DNA of 64,000 bases from Fistulifera solaris. Its lineage: Eukaryota. Of the stretch, positions 33,228 to 45,443 are shown in pieces. The notes beneath the pieces are model-generated. The model had not been told where the DNA came from and made no database searches. It saw only the letters and a program-made list of their open reading frames with translations. How positions within the stretch are numbered: position 1 is the first letter of the stretch; the number at the start of each line of letters is the position of its first letter. The stretch lies in the NCBI GenBank assembly GCA_030295235.1, contig AP026143.1:434001-498000 (forward strand), in the 5' to 3' direction. The position numbers and the translations under genes are program-made.

Positions 33228-34214
33228 CTAGTTTTTGGACCCTTTTCCAAGATATTCAGTCATCGACGACATATCCAGTCGTCTTCCGTTCGATTTCCAA
33301 GGGAGCGCATCAATATGGTGCGGTCTGATTTCTGGATGCTCTTTCAAGATAAATCGCTTCGTATCTTGTCGATTCGGTTGACCCGTGCGACCATACCACT
33401 TCAAACATTTCACAATGACTTCGGGCGACGTGCCAACCTCGAACGGACTCGGGTCGGGCAATGTACTGGCGGATGTACTGCAGGTGGAAGCGGAGCCCAA
33501 GTTTGTTTTCTTGTTGATGCCCAAGCTCGAAGAGGAATGAATAGTGACCGCGTAGCTTTCGCTTTCACTGTCCGCGAGGTCAAGGATGCATATGCTTTCC
33601 TCATCGAAACTATCATTTGCTGTGAAATCAAGACTATCAAGTGTTTGCGGGGAATGCAGTAGGTTCTGACTCCATTTCCCTTCCAAAACCTCTTCATACG
33701 AATCCCCAAACGCTCCGCGCACAATATGCTCCGTTTTGTAGAAAGCAGACACCTCGGCATTGAGAGCATGCAACATGCCTTGAATCTCATGTTTGTGGCT
33801 TTCCTTAAAGTGGTCGTTGATGGCCCCATGCCAAGAACGGAGCCTTTCACACAGGGTAAACTCACCGGCAACCAAAACATAACTAATAGTCTTTGCATCG
33901 CATTCATTGATGTCCTTGAGATAACGAGCCACTTCGCTCATTGTACGGGCGAGTTTATTGTGAGGATTAGAAGGTCGGACACTAGTATTGAGTGTGACTG
34001 CATCAGTAGCTGCCAAATACTGCATTGCATCCGACAGTGCTCTTGAGAGGCGGTCATACTTTGCTTGGGCTAGCCTTCTTGTTTCGTCGTTGAGTAAAAG
34101 TTTTACATCGTCAAGAAATCCTTGGCGCCAACATCGGAATGACTCAAGCGATGAATTGTTCATGATTTTCTCGTACATGGAATCGCTCATAGCGCTGCTT
34201 TGCAGCTCTGGCAT
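33228..34214 (-). CDS. Hypothetical protein, 328 aa
   Basis: Long ATG-initiated ORF with a helical N-terminal part, a Ser-rich linker and a compact C-terminal segment (WYGRTGQP..IDALPW). Confidence 0.65.
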   Translation of the reverse strand: MPELQSSAMSDSMYEKIMNNSSLESFRCWRQGFLDDVKLLLNDETRRLAQAKYDRLSRALSDAMQYLAATDAVTLNTSVRPSNPHNKLARTMSEVARYLKDINECDAKTISYVLVAGEFTLCERLRSWHGAINDHFKESHKHEIQGMLHALNAEVSAFYKTEHIVRGAFGDSYEEVLEGKWSQNLLHSPQTLDSLDFTANDSFDEESICILDLADSESESYAVTIHSSSSLGINKKTNLGSASTCSTSASTLPDPSPFEVGTSPEVIVKCLKWYGRTGQPNRQDTKRFILKEHPEIRPHHIDALPWKSNGRRLDMSSMTEYLGKGSKN

Positions 34215-34641
34215 TGAATTGTAAAGTTTGTTTGATCAGTCAATGGACGAAGATTGAGAATTATAATCGTCAAGAGTCCTAGACTAGCAAGATCGACAAT
34301 GGATGAGACTTTTGATTTTTATGCCTCTTTCGCCTTTCACCAAGAGCTCGCGCTTGGCGCTTGGCGTTACTCTGTAAAGAGTTGAAGTTCCATTTCTACT
34401 TTAAGGCCCATAGGTAGGTTTCAGTGATTGTTTTGTATCAGTTGATGCGTACACAAGAACGGAAAGTACACAAGAGATATAACGAGAAATACGCAATCAT
34501 GAGTAAAATAAAATATGCCCTTCCCTACTCCCAACAGTGTAACTCAAGGATCTTGGATTTTTCTGCCTTTCTGCATCTTTATCTTTACTAGCCGCTTACG
34601 CTTATTTCGCGGGGGGCAAGAAAGAGGTGTAGGCGATAAAG

Positions 34642-35212
34642 TAGTGTTCGAAAAATACCGTTTTATTGAAACTGAAAAAAACCAAAACGGTTTTAAACCG
34701 TATTAAACCGGTTTTACCGTATTTTATGGTTTTTTCCGTATTATTCAAAACACCGTCATTACGTCCCTGTAGCTACAGCTACAGGCGGCTTTTCAAGAAG
34801 AAAAAGCTTCCCAATATGATCTTTTTATGCAATGAGATCATCTCTAATGTGCTCAATTGATTGACCAGGGTAAAACATTCTTGGTTTACTTGAAGCTTAG
34901 CGAAAATAAAACATCAAGTTCTCTCAAAACCCATGCCCATTTACTGGCGTAACGAAACTATGCAAGGAATATAAAACTCAACATTTAATCAAGACTGGTG
35001 ATTGGTTATTGATCTGCTGCGCTCTGATAGTCCATTGCTTGGAAAAAGGCGTGCTAGGCTAAAAAAGATATCCATCGGAAACTTAGGGGTCTACGGCGTA
35101 CAGACGTCTAACGAAAAAAACCGTTTTTTTCAAAATCAAAAAACCAAAAACCGGTTTAGTACGGTATAGTACGGTTTTCTGTTTTTTGGTATTAATACGG
35201 TGTCGAACACTA
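34642..35212. mobile_element. hAT-type MITE, 571 bp
   Basis: TIRs TAGTGTTCGA (34642-34651) and TCGAACACTA (35203-35212). Perfect 8-bp TSD CGATAAAG at 34634-34641 and 35213-35220. Clustered subterminal ACCG/CGGT motifs at both ends; no ORF. Confidence 0.88.
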
Positions 35213-35256
35213 CGATAAAGTAGTTTTGTGAATGTAGTGTAACTGTAAGTGTATTT

Positions 35257-36013
35257 TTAGTTTAGATTGAAATATTTATTGAAAAATCTCTTTGTAGACC
35301 ACATTTCGAGTAAAAATTTGGTCTTGTGGTAACTGATTTTGGATATAGATGAATTCATCTTGATTGGCATGGACAAATACTCAAGAAAAGACTGCAAGTA
35401 TGAATTGTTACTTTCGGCTAGAATCCGTTGCAACTCTTCAAAAATTGATCGATCCATTTCCCGGTCAGAAGTATTTCCGTCACGCACATGTTGCAATCTG
35501 AGCTCTGCTTGAAGGGCAGGATCATAAAAGTATATTTGCAAGCACTTTTGGGATTTCATGTTCGGAAGGAAGTAATGGACCAATACGTCTTACCATCTGT
35601 CCTGATATTCTAAAAGCAGACGGCCCACCATGATTCACAGTTTTATCTTCTACTTGAAGAGACGCCATAGCCATTCCTGAATTGAATTTTCTTATGTGTT
35701 TACGAAAGTATTTACTTCGTGGATCTTTTCCGGTTGCTGTTTTTACTCTTTGACGATACGAACGTTGTCGCAAAGCATTCTTCATCAGTTGATTGTGAAG
35801 TTGTGCTGTTGTCTTCGCTCTTTCACGATACGCACGTTGACGCAAAGCATTCTTCATCAGTCGATTGTGAAGTTGTGCTGTCGTCTTCGCTCTTTCACGA
35901 TACGCACGTTGACGCAAAGCATTCATCCGTCGCTTGGCTTGTAACACATCATCATCGGCATCACTTCTTGTCAATTTTGATGGTTCGATATATACTTTGT
36001 TTATTGCGTTCAT
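35257..36013 (-). pseudogene. Truncated Helitron RepHel N-terminal region
   Basis: FRKHIRKFNSGMAMAS..GPSAFRISGQMVRRIGPLLP..PK/CLQIYFYD..FEELQRIL..NSYLQSF matches the conserved pre-Rep region of Helitron proteins. Frameshift near 35545. No HUH Rep or PIF1 helicase motifs follow. Confidence 0.8.
35750..35925 (-). repeat. 72-bp coding tandem repeat (24 aa NALRQRAYRERAKTTAQLHNxLMK), ~2.5 copies
   Basis: CGCAAAGCAT at 35769, 35841 and 35913. Confidence 0.9.
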
Positions 36014-36746
36014 CTTTCTTCTTTCGGTTTTGTGCTATCAAAAAGTGCACAAACGCAAAACGCAAAAACGAAACGAAAGCGAAAAGAGCACAAACGCAAA
36101 ACGGAAGCAAAAAGAGCACAAACGCAAAACGGAAGACTCAGAAACGTCGCATTCGAAATTCGAAGACCAAGGAAACGTCACTCTACACTTTACTACTACG
36201 TACAATTAAATGTAAACTCGACAAAAGAACGTAAACTCGACAAAAGAACACAGAACAACCAATGGGAACAAAGCAAAGAACACAAAGAACAAAAGGAACG
36301 TCAAACCCGTGATTTGGACACCCGGGACCAGCGTTACGTTACGTTACGTGACACACACACACACGGACACAGCGCGCTATTATAAATAGATAGATAGATG
36401 TACGGACTTTGTTCTAAATTTACCAGTAAAGCTACTGTACCCTGTACCTGTACCCTGTTCTGTACGTAGTTGTAGTTGTATGGGTTGTGTGAATGAAAAC
36501 CGGAATATAAAGAAGTGGCTTTATCGGAGAGGGTTAAGGTTTAGGGGAGAATACCTCCCGTGACTGACGACATTCGTAACTGCGGCGCGGGCGGCAAGCG
36601 GCAAGACGTGCGAGTCATGAAGAAAAAGTTGTGCGCATTCTCATTGCTCTCATCGTCACTGACAAGCAAGCATGAAAACAGATGAAAGCAAACAAAACAA
36701 TTCATCTTGCAAAGGGCGTAGGCTTTAATTACTGCAATAGAAGGCA

Positions 36747-38540
36747 ATGAATATGAAATGGGCGAATTCAATGCTGACGGCGTCTTTCGCTCAATCTTTG
36801 GCGTTTCTTCCTTTTCCCTTATCCTCAACGACCCTGTCGCGAGAAAAAGTTTCAACCAGTTCTCAACTCCCTGACTCAGCTGCCTTTGATAGATCAAAGC
36901 AGGTCCTAGAAGTACTTGCTGAAGACATTCTGCGTCCTTTTCTCGTGTCAACGATAGCTCACGGAATACCAAGTAGTTGGGAGCATTTCTGGACGGTCGA
37001 AACCTTCAATCGAACCAACGCTCAACATCTCGTTCATGCACTCGAACGACTGGGACCGACGTATGTAAAATTCGGACAAGCTTTATCCACGCGACAAGAT
37101 ATTGTTCCTCAGCCACTCGCGGATGCGCTGGAAAAACTTCAAGACGACATGGCTCCGTTCGATAACGATGAAGCTCGAGACATTCTTCGTGAAGAGCTAG
37201 GTCAAACACTTTCGAGAGAGCAGTTGACTGCATTTCTGTCCAGCTTGTCGGAAAAACCAGTCGCTGCTGCGAGCATTGGTCAAGTCTATAAAGGATATTT
37301 GCCAGACAGGGGAGATGTAGCTGTAAAAATTCAAAGGCCGTATCTTCGGTCTGTCGTCGAGCAGGATACTGCCATGTTGAGACAGATAGCCATTTGGGTT
37401 GAAGCCATACCCGGGATACCCGCGTCGAATCAGGATTCTTTAATTGCTACAAAATTAGTCGATGCAGTCGATGAGTTCATGGCACGAGTCAGGGAAGAAC
37501 TGGACTACCAGAATGAAGCCGGTAACATGGAAAAGTTTGGGGAGTTGTATTGTTATCGCAATGGGACCTATCCGGATGTCAAAGTCGTCGTGCCGATTAT
37601 CCATAAAGAATTGTGCACGGACTCAGTACTTGTGATGGAATGGATTGAAGGCGAGAAACTGGCAAGTGTGGGCGACCCAACTATGTTAGACGAAGCTACC
37701 CGTTTAGAGAATCTAGCGATGGTCGAAGCAGGCATCGCTGCGACCCTCTCACAGCTATTGGGGACAGGGCTGATGCACGCTGATCCACATACTGGCAATT
37801 TGTTAAAAGTACAGACAGATCAAGGACTACTGCTCGGTTTCCTAGATTTTGGGATGCTGAGCACGGTGCCGGAGAATGTGCGAGACGCACTTGTTTGCGC
37901 GGTTGCTCAGCTTGTATTTGCTCGTGATACACAGGCTGTTGCTGATCTATTTGGAGAACTCGATCTTATACCTGCAAGCGTTGTAAACGATCCTACCGAG
38001 CGCTTGGCTTTGGCTCAAGCGCTAGATGCTGTTTTCCGTGATATTCTTTTGTATCCGGATGAAACCGCGGAAGGAACCACTCTTGTTCCTATTTTGCGTT
38101 TTGATAAACTACTCGCCGGGCTATCTTTGCTTGTTGCACGATTCCAGTTCACTTTGCCCCCATACTTTTTGAATAATGCACGCGCATTAGGCACACTGGA
38201 AGGCTTAGCACGGAAGCTTGACCCATCTTTCAACTCCTTGCAGGCACTTTACCCATATGCTTTAAACCGTATATTGCGGAACCCGTCCACGAGTCCCATT
38301 GTCGAACATACTTTGCTCAGTCTGATTCGAAATCGCGTGTCAGGAAAGTTTGACCGCGATAGGATAAGGAAGCTGCTAGCTGATACGTGTCTTCTTTCCG
38401 GTAGAAGTCGTACGCAAGTGATCGCTGATGTACTTTCCTCCAAATCAGGTCGGAGAATTGCGCGAGCCGCTGCCAAAGATTCAATTTTTAATGGCATGCA
38501 CGAAAATCAGCGAAGAAAGCGAATTTTATTTCAGTTATAA
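36747..38540 (+). CDS. ABC1/UbiB atypical kinase (ABC1K), likely plastid-targeted, 597 aa
   Basis: LGPTYVKFGQALSTR, PVAAASIGQVY, VAVKIQRP, EELDY, LVMEWIEG, HADPHTGN, LDFG; SLA-F signal cleavage motif. Confidence 0.93.
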   Translation: MNMKWANSMLTASFAQSLAFLPFPLSSTTLSREKVSTSSQLPDSAAFDRSKQVLEVLAEDILRPFLVSTIAHGIPSSWEHFWTVETFNRTNAQHLVHALERLGPTYVKFGQALSTRQDIVPQPLADALEKLQDDMAPFDNDEARDILREELGQTLSREQLTAFLSSLSEKPVAAASIGQVYKGYLPDRGDVAVKIQRPYLRSVVEQDTAMLRQIAIWVEAIPGIPASNQDSLIATKLVDAVDEFMARVREELDYQNEAGNMEKFGELYCYRNGTYPDVKVVVPIIHKELCTDSVLVMEWIEGEKLASVGDPTMLDEATRLENLAMVEAGIAATLSQLLGTGLMHADPHTGNLLKVQTDQGLLLGFLDFGMLSTVPENVRDALVCAVAQLVFARDTQAVADLFGELDLIPASVVNDPTERLALAQALDAVFRDILLYPDETAEGTTLVPILRFDKLLAGLSLLVARFQFTLPPYFLNNARALGTLEGLARKLDPSFNSLQALYPYALNRILRNPSTSPIVEHTLLSLIRNRVSGKFDRDRIRKLLADTCLLSGRSRTQVIADVLSSKSGRRIARAAAKDSIFNGMHENQRRKRILFQL

Positions 38541-38542
38541 CA

Positions 38543-41127
38543 TTAGTTGCCTAGTAGACCGTATATACTGTTGAAGCTATCGACAACCTCGAAAATCTCT
38601 GCAAGCTTTGGAAGAACATCGGGTATTATAGTTTCGTCGAGATATGCAATCATGTTAATCTTGGCTTGTGATTCAATGAGGCTTTGATAGTGACCTCGCA
38701 CCATATCGTTCTTTGCAAAGTTGAAACTCTCAAGTTCATCTTTGAGGAAACGTCCAAGATCCAAGCCCGCAACTTGCATGCTTTCAATTGCGCCACGGAG
38801 GCTGCAAATGTAACTAAGGGTCCGACCCAAGAAGGCCGCCACGCGAGAGGCTTGAGCTCGGACGAAATCGAACTTTTCCTCTAAAAGATCGTGATTGCAT
38901 TCGTCTGAAGGGACTTGGAAGTTTCCGTCGATAAAGTGGCCGTACTGAGTCCAAAACCGCACGTATCTTTTAGCCATTTCCTTCATGACTCCCTTCGGTC
39001 CGAGTGGAGAAAAGTTGATGATTTGCAAGACAAGGGGTCGAAGTTGATACTGATCGCCACGTGGACTAGCGACCCCAAGGCATCCGCGGAGCTGATGCTT
39101 GAGCAAGGTTTCAAACGCTTCGAGACCACAAGCTCGAGCGTGAAGACTAAGTCCTAAGCGTTGCAAGGCGGCAGAAGTACAGCGACTTTCATCTCCAGCT
39201 ATAGTGTAATAGAGCGCCGAGGATTGCTCCATGACTTTCACAAAATAATCCGAGGCAAGGCCCGAAGCAATGTGGTCAGCAAGCCCAAGCTGAATGACGA
39301 GCATACGAAATGTCTTCATAGCACTCTCCATGCGGTTGTGATCAGGGAAGGAAGTCTTCGACGTAGTTCCTGGCCCATACGTCAGTAAATCCACCAGTCG
39401 CTTACAGTGATGTGCCGATGGTACTCGTTTATGAAACATACACGTTACTGTCAAGAAACGCTCGCCAACAAAGCTTTCGGAAGAGTCTAGGGACGAAAGA
39501 TAGACGTCGCTCTCAGATTCGCCCATCTCTACCAAATTAGTAGCAATGTCAAAGTAAGCGGGTTCACGACAAGGCCATAATTTGATAACGGGATTGCCAT
39601 CTCGATCTTTTTTACCGTACAATTTGGAAGCGGATTGTTGCGTGGCTTGAGCCGTGGACGTTGATCTCTGTTTCTTGGTAACCAGGCTAGCATCATTTTC
39701 AGCTTCAGCGTTGGAAGTACTTTGTCGAGGCGCCGTTTTTCGCTTTTTGTTTGCGTCCGAATTGATCTTAGATTCTAAAGTTTCAGCAGGCAAAGCCATT
39801 TCCTCCTCGCTGCTCGAATCGAGAAGCTCAATTGATGTTTGTCGAGCGGGTCGCGTCTTTTCGTTGCACCCGGGCTCTTCTTAACCTTTGCTGCAATTTG
39901 TTTCACCAAATAAAAATCTTCGTCGTCATCTGATTCCGCTTGGATCTTTGATGCTTTCCGGGCCGGTTTCGTTTTTGTTGCTGTACCAGGATTCCGGACG
40001 GGAGGATTGTATTCAACCAAGTCACTCTCGTCAGTAACGACATCACTATCATATTCAACGTATGAAACGTTTTTCAATGAACTTCGAGACGATCGAACAT
40101 CCAGAGCAGCGTTCAAAGACGAGCTATTGCGCGAAGACCTTGCCGCGCCTATCTCGGTAGATGGTTTCGTATCTGTTTTGCCCTCTGTCTTTGTCTTCCC
40201 GACGGAGAGCGTGGCGAGCACACGAGACTTCTCCTTGCTCTGCAAAGACTTCGTAGCTGTATTCGCTTTCGACTTTCTTGTACCCTTTTCCTCTGTCTTT
40301 GACGTGCTCATCGTGACAGTTGCGAGCTCAGGAGACTTCTCTTTGCTCGTGAAAGGAGTCGCTATCACAGCACGAGGTGCCGGCCACGTAAGAATCGTCC
40401 GATCTGGCTGCATTCGAACGCTCAAAAAAATTGCAGAAGCAATGGAAAAGTACGAGAACGGCTTTGTTTTCTTGTCTTCATAGGTAACCATGACTCTGGC
40501 TTTCTTTTCGACCTTGTCGGCGACCCGACCCTTCTTCACTTGCCCGGAAGTGTTCGGAAAGCAAACGGGCAGTCCAGCCAACCATGAAGGATTATCAGCA
40601 CCCTTGGAAATAAGCATGATGTGTTTGCGAATATTGACACCTGTTTGATATTCTCCATCATCGTAGGCGACATCACAAGTCCCATTACTCGTATCGACGA
40701 GCGCGACTCGACCGCGAAACCACGTGCTGCCATCGTAGTTGGCTTGCACAATATCTCCCGGTACTAGATTGACAGGATCCAGCGTAGCAATAACTTTGAC
40801 GGGTTCGTCGGAAAGAACGATGTGATTCGGATTCTTCTTGCTGGTTTCGACGAAACGTACATCTTTGTGAGAGTATTCGCCTTCGCACATATCGTCAAAT
40901 TGCACGGCGAGATTGTTTTTTCCACAACGACCCACGACTTTCCCCAGAAAATAACCTCCACCTGATTTCACATATTCACCTTCTCGAAAGAAACAAGGTG
41001 CTAGCTCAAAGTAGACGGCGCAACGTCGTCCGATGAGACTGTCATTCGTTTTCGTGACTTCGCGTTTTCTATTCATCGTGTTCTCTTTGTCGTGCGCTGA
41101 GATGAAACTCGGATAAGTCAATCCCAT
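38543..41127 (-). CDS. Tudor/SH3-like-domain nuclear protein with helical C-terminal domain (two ORFs, probably one gene, frameshift near 39870)
   Basis: Tudor-like GDIVQANYDGSTWFRGRV..CDVAYDDGE plus similar barrels and a K/S/T-rich linker. The frame of 38543..39799 stays open upstream (IELLDSSSEEEMALP) into the end of 39775..41127. Confidence 0.65.
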
Positions 41128-41881
41128 GGCTTCTCACCGGCCTTTTTTAGTCTTGAGGTGTTAACGAGAACAGAAAAGGGAAGGGTAGATAAAGAAGACT
41201 TATTCTTGAAAAAATGATAAAGGAAGGACAAACAAATGCGACGGCAAACACTCGTTGCTTCATTTTTCCCACACAGATTCGGGAGAGCTAAATATTTCGA
41301 AGCCTCTCAAATGCGCGCTCAAAAGGCTGGGCCGACGCGGATGCGCGCTGGCCGACCTCGTGCGCCGTCGAACGCTAACGCTATTACCAGGTACCGTAAA
41401 GCGAGCTGCTGGGTGCACATTTCAAAGAAAGTCTCGACGAGATTCATGAAAAAAGCACGACGAATTTGTTTGGATATACCCCGTCTAACGATATGGGCAA
41501 GCTCTGTTGATGATGATTTTTTATCTTGGAAAAAAACATTTATTTTTATTTCTCAACTCATGATTGAATTTCAGTCGCGGAAACATAAAGCAACAATCAA
41601 GTATTATAGTATTTGAGTATCGCCTTGAATGTGGCTTCCAGTGCTAGTACGACAGCGCATCTCTCAAGTGCATGTCACTCACAGAATTTCTGTATGATGT
41701 GATCCTTTTGCTGACGTCAACCTAATTCAATAGTATATTCTTTTTTCTCAACTATTTTGTTAACTGATCGACTATCTAGAGAGTTTTATTGCTCGAGATT
41801 GATTAAGTAGCCGCGGAAATAACTCCAGAAATAATGCGGCTATCAAAACGAAAGATACAAGCTTTTCGATAAAACAAGTAT

Positions 41882-43673
41882 TCAATATTTATCAAGCTTG
41901 TCTGCTAGATCTTCGTCAAACGTGCGCAGATTCGGTCGAAATGTCAGATACGAGGCTAGACCCAAGAATGGAACATACTTGGCGAATACCACCATAGTGT
42001 TATTCGTTTCACTGGGGCTACTGCGGCGTTTCCAGTCGTCCTCGACCAGCCAACCTTGAAAGAGTGCGAAAATGACATAATCGACCAAAAAGCTGGATCC
42101 TACTCGATCAATACTCAACAAATCGATAAAACTTTGGTAGCGCGATGCAACGTCGACGCCATATTGAACTTCGTTTATACGGCCGAACATGGCCCATCCT
42201 AACGCCATTCCAAACAGTCCTGTCATGGCGATTCCCCACCACTTGGCTTCTCCAATTGCCTTTGTAAAAAATGACAGCTCGAACGGAGTGTTGTCTTGTG
42301 TAGCCGTAGGCCGCGATCGAAATGCGAGGTACGGCAACAGGAACGCCGATGTCAGAAATTGCATGCCGACAACGATGGGTCCGTATGCTAGTCCCTTGCC
42401 AATCTTTTTTGGAATCATCGTCTTCGACTAGAAAACCGGCAAACAGACCAGCATACGCCAGTAATCCATTGAATACAGCTTCCAAATAGGGATGCATGGA
42501 GGGACTAAAGGGCAAATGCAACATCGGACTGACAAACGCAAAATTCAAACTCAATCCACGCACTTCTTCCCACGTGCGTTGTTCGAGCGCCAAAGCGTTA
42601 GCACCCGGTAAGATACCATCTGAAAGGAAAACCACGTACAAGTACAAGATCCATGCAGTAAAGGGAACCCAGCGTTGCGGCTCTTTTGCGAAGGAGTGAA
42701 AAGCCACGGATTTGAAGGGCTGAGAATCCACAAAGTCGAGACCCGAAACTATCTGCTGCTTTTTCGCATCCATCTGATAGACTGAAATGCCGTTCGTAAA
42801 GGGCAATGACTGATTGGTATCTTTGTTATTGACGTGCCAGCGAACCATGGCTGTGGTTTTACTCTCATTCTCAACAACATCATCCACCACAAATTGCGTA
42901 AAAGACAAAGCTTGCCGACATACTTCCAAGTGTTGTGTTAGTGCAGCTTTGCCTTGTATCGGCTGAGGGAATGCAGTGTCGTCGTAAACGATAATATCGG
43001 CAAATAGATGGGATGCATCCTCGTTCCGATTCCACGCGCGATAGTATTGTTCGGGTATGGAGAGTGTCCCAGTGTCGTCCATGATCTTCTCGTTTGCTAC
43101 AGAATTCTCGTCTTGACCTCTTGACAGTACTTGCTTTGCATGTGCTAGCAACTTCAAAGAATCCGCTCCCTTTTTCTGCGACGGTTCCGGAATCCACTGT
43201 ACAAAAGTCAAACGATTGTCGGGTCGTCGCTTCATCCAAACAGCTCCCCGCCCCACTCCTGTTTGCTGATACGAAAAAGCTATTTGTGTTTCGTCGGAAA
43301 TAGTGTCAATAATTTGCAAATCGAACGGAATGGGATTTTCTTGCAACCACGCGGCGACGGCGGCTTTGCCTGTGACGGGCTGATAATGAAAGCGCGTATC
43401 TTGCCACGCAATGTCGTCTTCCAATAAGTTTAAGATTTCGGCATAATTCTGACTATTCCATGCATCAATGAATGTATCGAGCAGCGGCGTGGCTGAAGTT
43501 GTTATTGTCGACGCCGCTTGCGAAAGAGGAAATAACGAAGCCTTCGTTCTCGACGACGCTTGTTTTCGAGGCGAAAAGGAAAGGACGTTTTGTGTAAGCC
43601 AGGCTACACTGAACCATGCGAAGTACACCAAGCGCCTTCGGGGCATCATGGTGTTACTATCAATATGCCGCAA
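41882..43673 (-). CDS. Plastid-targeted protein with two SnoaL/NTF2-like domains and a C-terminal multi-TM domain (frameshift near 42420)
   Basis: VLS-F signal motif. Two repeats of F/Y..AWN....l.dDI...DT.F..P..GKAA. The TM region continues in 41882..42418 (DRVGSSFLVDYVIFALFQGWLVEDD). Confidence 0.75.
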
Positions 43674-43939
43674 GTTGTCTTTATGAACGTCGAAAGAATG
43701 AAGAAAGGAAGGAAATGAATAAATAGACGATGATGAGGAGTTTGTCGATGATGCGGTTTTTGCTTTCTCATGGTCGAATGACGTGTCCTACCAGTACACT
43801 CTGTCCACAGTGCGACATTCCGTGTTAAGCGTCCAGCCATGTCAGACCGCAACTAGTCTAAGAAGCTCTCATCCTTCATGCGTACAGTTTGCTCGCGTCA
43901 GCCTCCTTGTCAACATTTTCTTCTCCCTTCCTTTCTCTC

Positions 43940-45443
43940 TTAGTCTTGCTTTTCTTTGTTGGTAGCGCTACTTTCTTTCTTCTTCTTGATGCATTCTCGA
44001 TAGCGTTTTACCTCCCGGAACAAACTGAAAAGGTTAGGAAGAAGCAAGGGTATTAACAACGGCACGAATATTCCAAAGTAGTGGTCCCGAGACAAATCGA
44101 TGGGCGGTGATAGTGTAGGATTGCGTTCTAAGTGCACTTCAAGAATATTCATAGCACTTTCAAGTAAATCAAGAGCGTTCGTTTCGTCGTGACGAGCTTC
44201 CTCCAGCAATTGATATGCTTTCCACCAAACGGACGACATTTCTTCCGTTATATCCATCGTCCATGGGGATTCCAGTAGTAGCTGTCGGGAGATTTGCAGT
44301 CGCTCAGTCACTTGAGTAATCACTTGCCGAATCTGTTGCTGTTGCCAAAGTTTTCCGTAGATACGGGGCAATTCAAATGTTGTCTCTCCATCGTCATCAG
44401 GCATTCTCGCCAGGTCGATCGGAGCCGTAGGGCCCAATAGAGGAATCCCCCAACATCGTGTCATTACCGTATTCATGAGCGTCATGAAACGTTGATAATT
44501 CAGCGAAGTATTGTCGTCATGTTCGGCCAAAACCGCCAAGAAGTACGAGTTCGGTTCCTCCACCAGCCACGCATCGTCCTTTTCATTATCGCCTATGGTC
44601 ACATGGTCCCGCCCTGGAAGATACAATGCCACCGTTGTTTCGGGTGTAGCCGTATCAACATTCGTGATTAAAGTATCTTTCACATTCGACAGAGGAATCC
44701 ACCATTCTAAAAGCGTATTGTTGTCGTCAACGCCGTTCGTAGCACTTCCTTTCTGAACCGCCGTTGGCAACCATTCCACCGTGGAAAAAGATGTGCGATA
44801 CGAAATTAGATGATCTACCATCAGTTGGGACCAGTCTTCTTCATATGATGATGTCCATTTCTGGATCTGCCGCCCTACATGGCTATTTGCATTGTTGCTT
44901 TCGGCTTGACTCTTTTCCACCAAGATCTGAAAGTGAAGATTGTTGGGACGTTGACCTGCGTCATGAGAAATTAAATACTGCCAATCCGCCGTTTCGCTTC
45001 CGGGTCGCGGAAAGAAAAAGACAAGTCCGTCGGAAGCGAAAAATAAGCGTGCTTTTGTTTGCTGTGAGGATGCGCACACAATCAGGTCTACTCCGTCGAG
45101 TAACGCCTCCGTTTTAGCGTGTCTTTGAAGAGTACAAAGCTGCTCCAACGTTTCCGCCGACGTTCCTTTCCAGAAAATAGTGTTTTCCGTCAATTCGGAA
45201 GATGATTGCCACATATTCAACTGATAATCCGGCACGAGCACCGTCACGGCCATTTTTGTAAAAAGAAAATGTCGTTTCTTGTACTTTGGGACGTTTCCGG
45301 AGCGCTGATCGACCACGCTGCGGCAAAAATGGGATGCAGGACATGTCCTTCGAACGACACAACCCGAAATAAAACGCCGTTCCGGCCAAGACAAGTAATT
45401 GCGAAAGAAAAGCACTCGCAATGAGTACACGTGTTCCTGCCAT
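43940..45443 (-). CDS. GPI transamidase subunit PIG-S-like membrane protein (5' junction unresolved)
   Basis: C-terminal DHYFGIFVPLLIPLLLP..REVKRYR..KKK resembles the PIG-S/Gpi17 C-terminus. An N-terminal TM (MAGTRVLIASAFLSQLLVLAG) lies in overlapping ORF 45114..45443. Confidence 0.55.

Larger units (their letters stand above)
34588..36398 (-). mobile_element. Internally deleted (non-autonomous) Helitron
   Basis: Minus strand begins A|TCTATCTATCTATTTATAA at 36398, followed by a (GT)n tract, and ends GC-rich..CTAG|T at 34588. It contains the RepHel N-terminal coding fragment. The 3' end assignment is less certain. Confidence 0.7.

Noticed and set aside
36531..36547. Telomere-like GGGTTAAGGTTTAGGGG (also TTAACCCTTAACCCC near 48948)
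   Set aside because: Only about two imperfect units, which is compatible with chance or a telo-box; not an interstitial telomere array.
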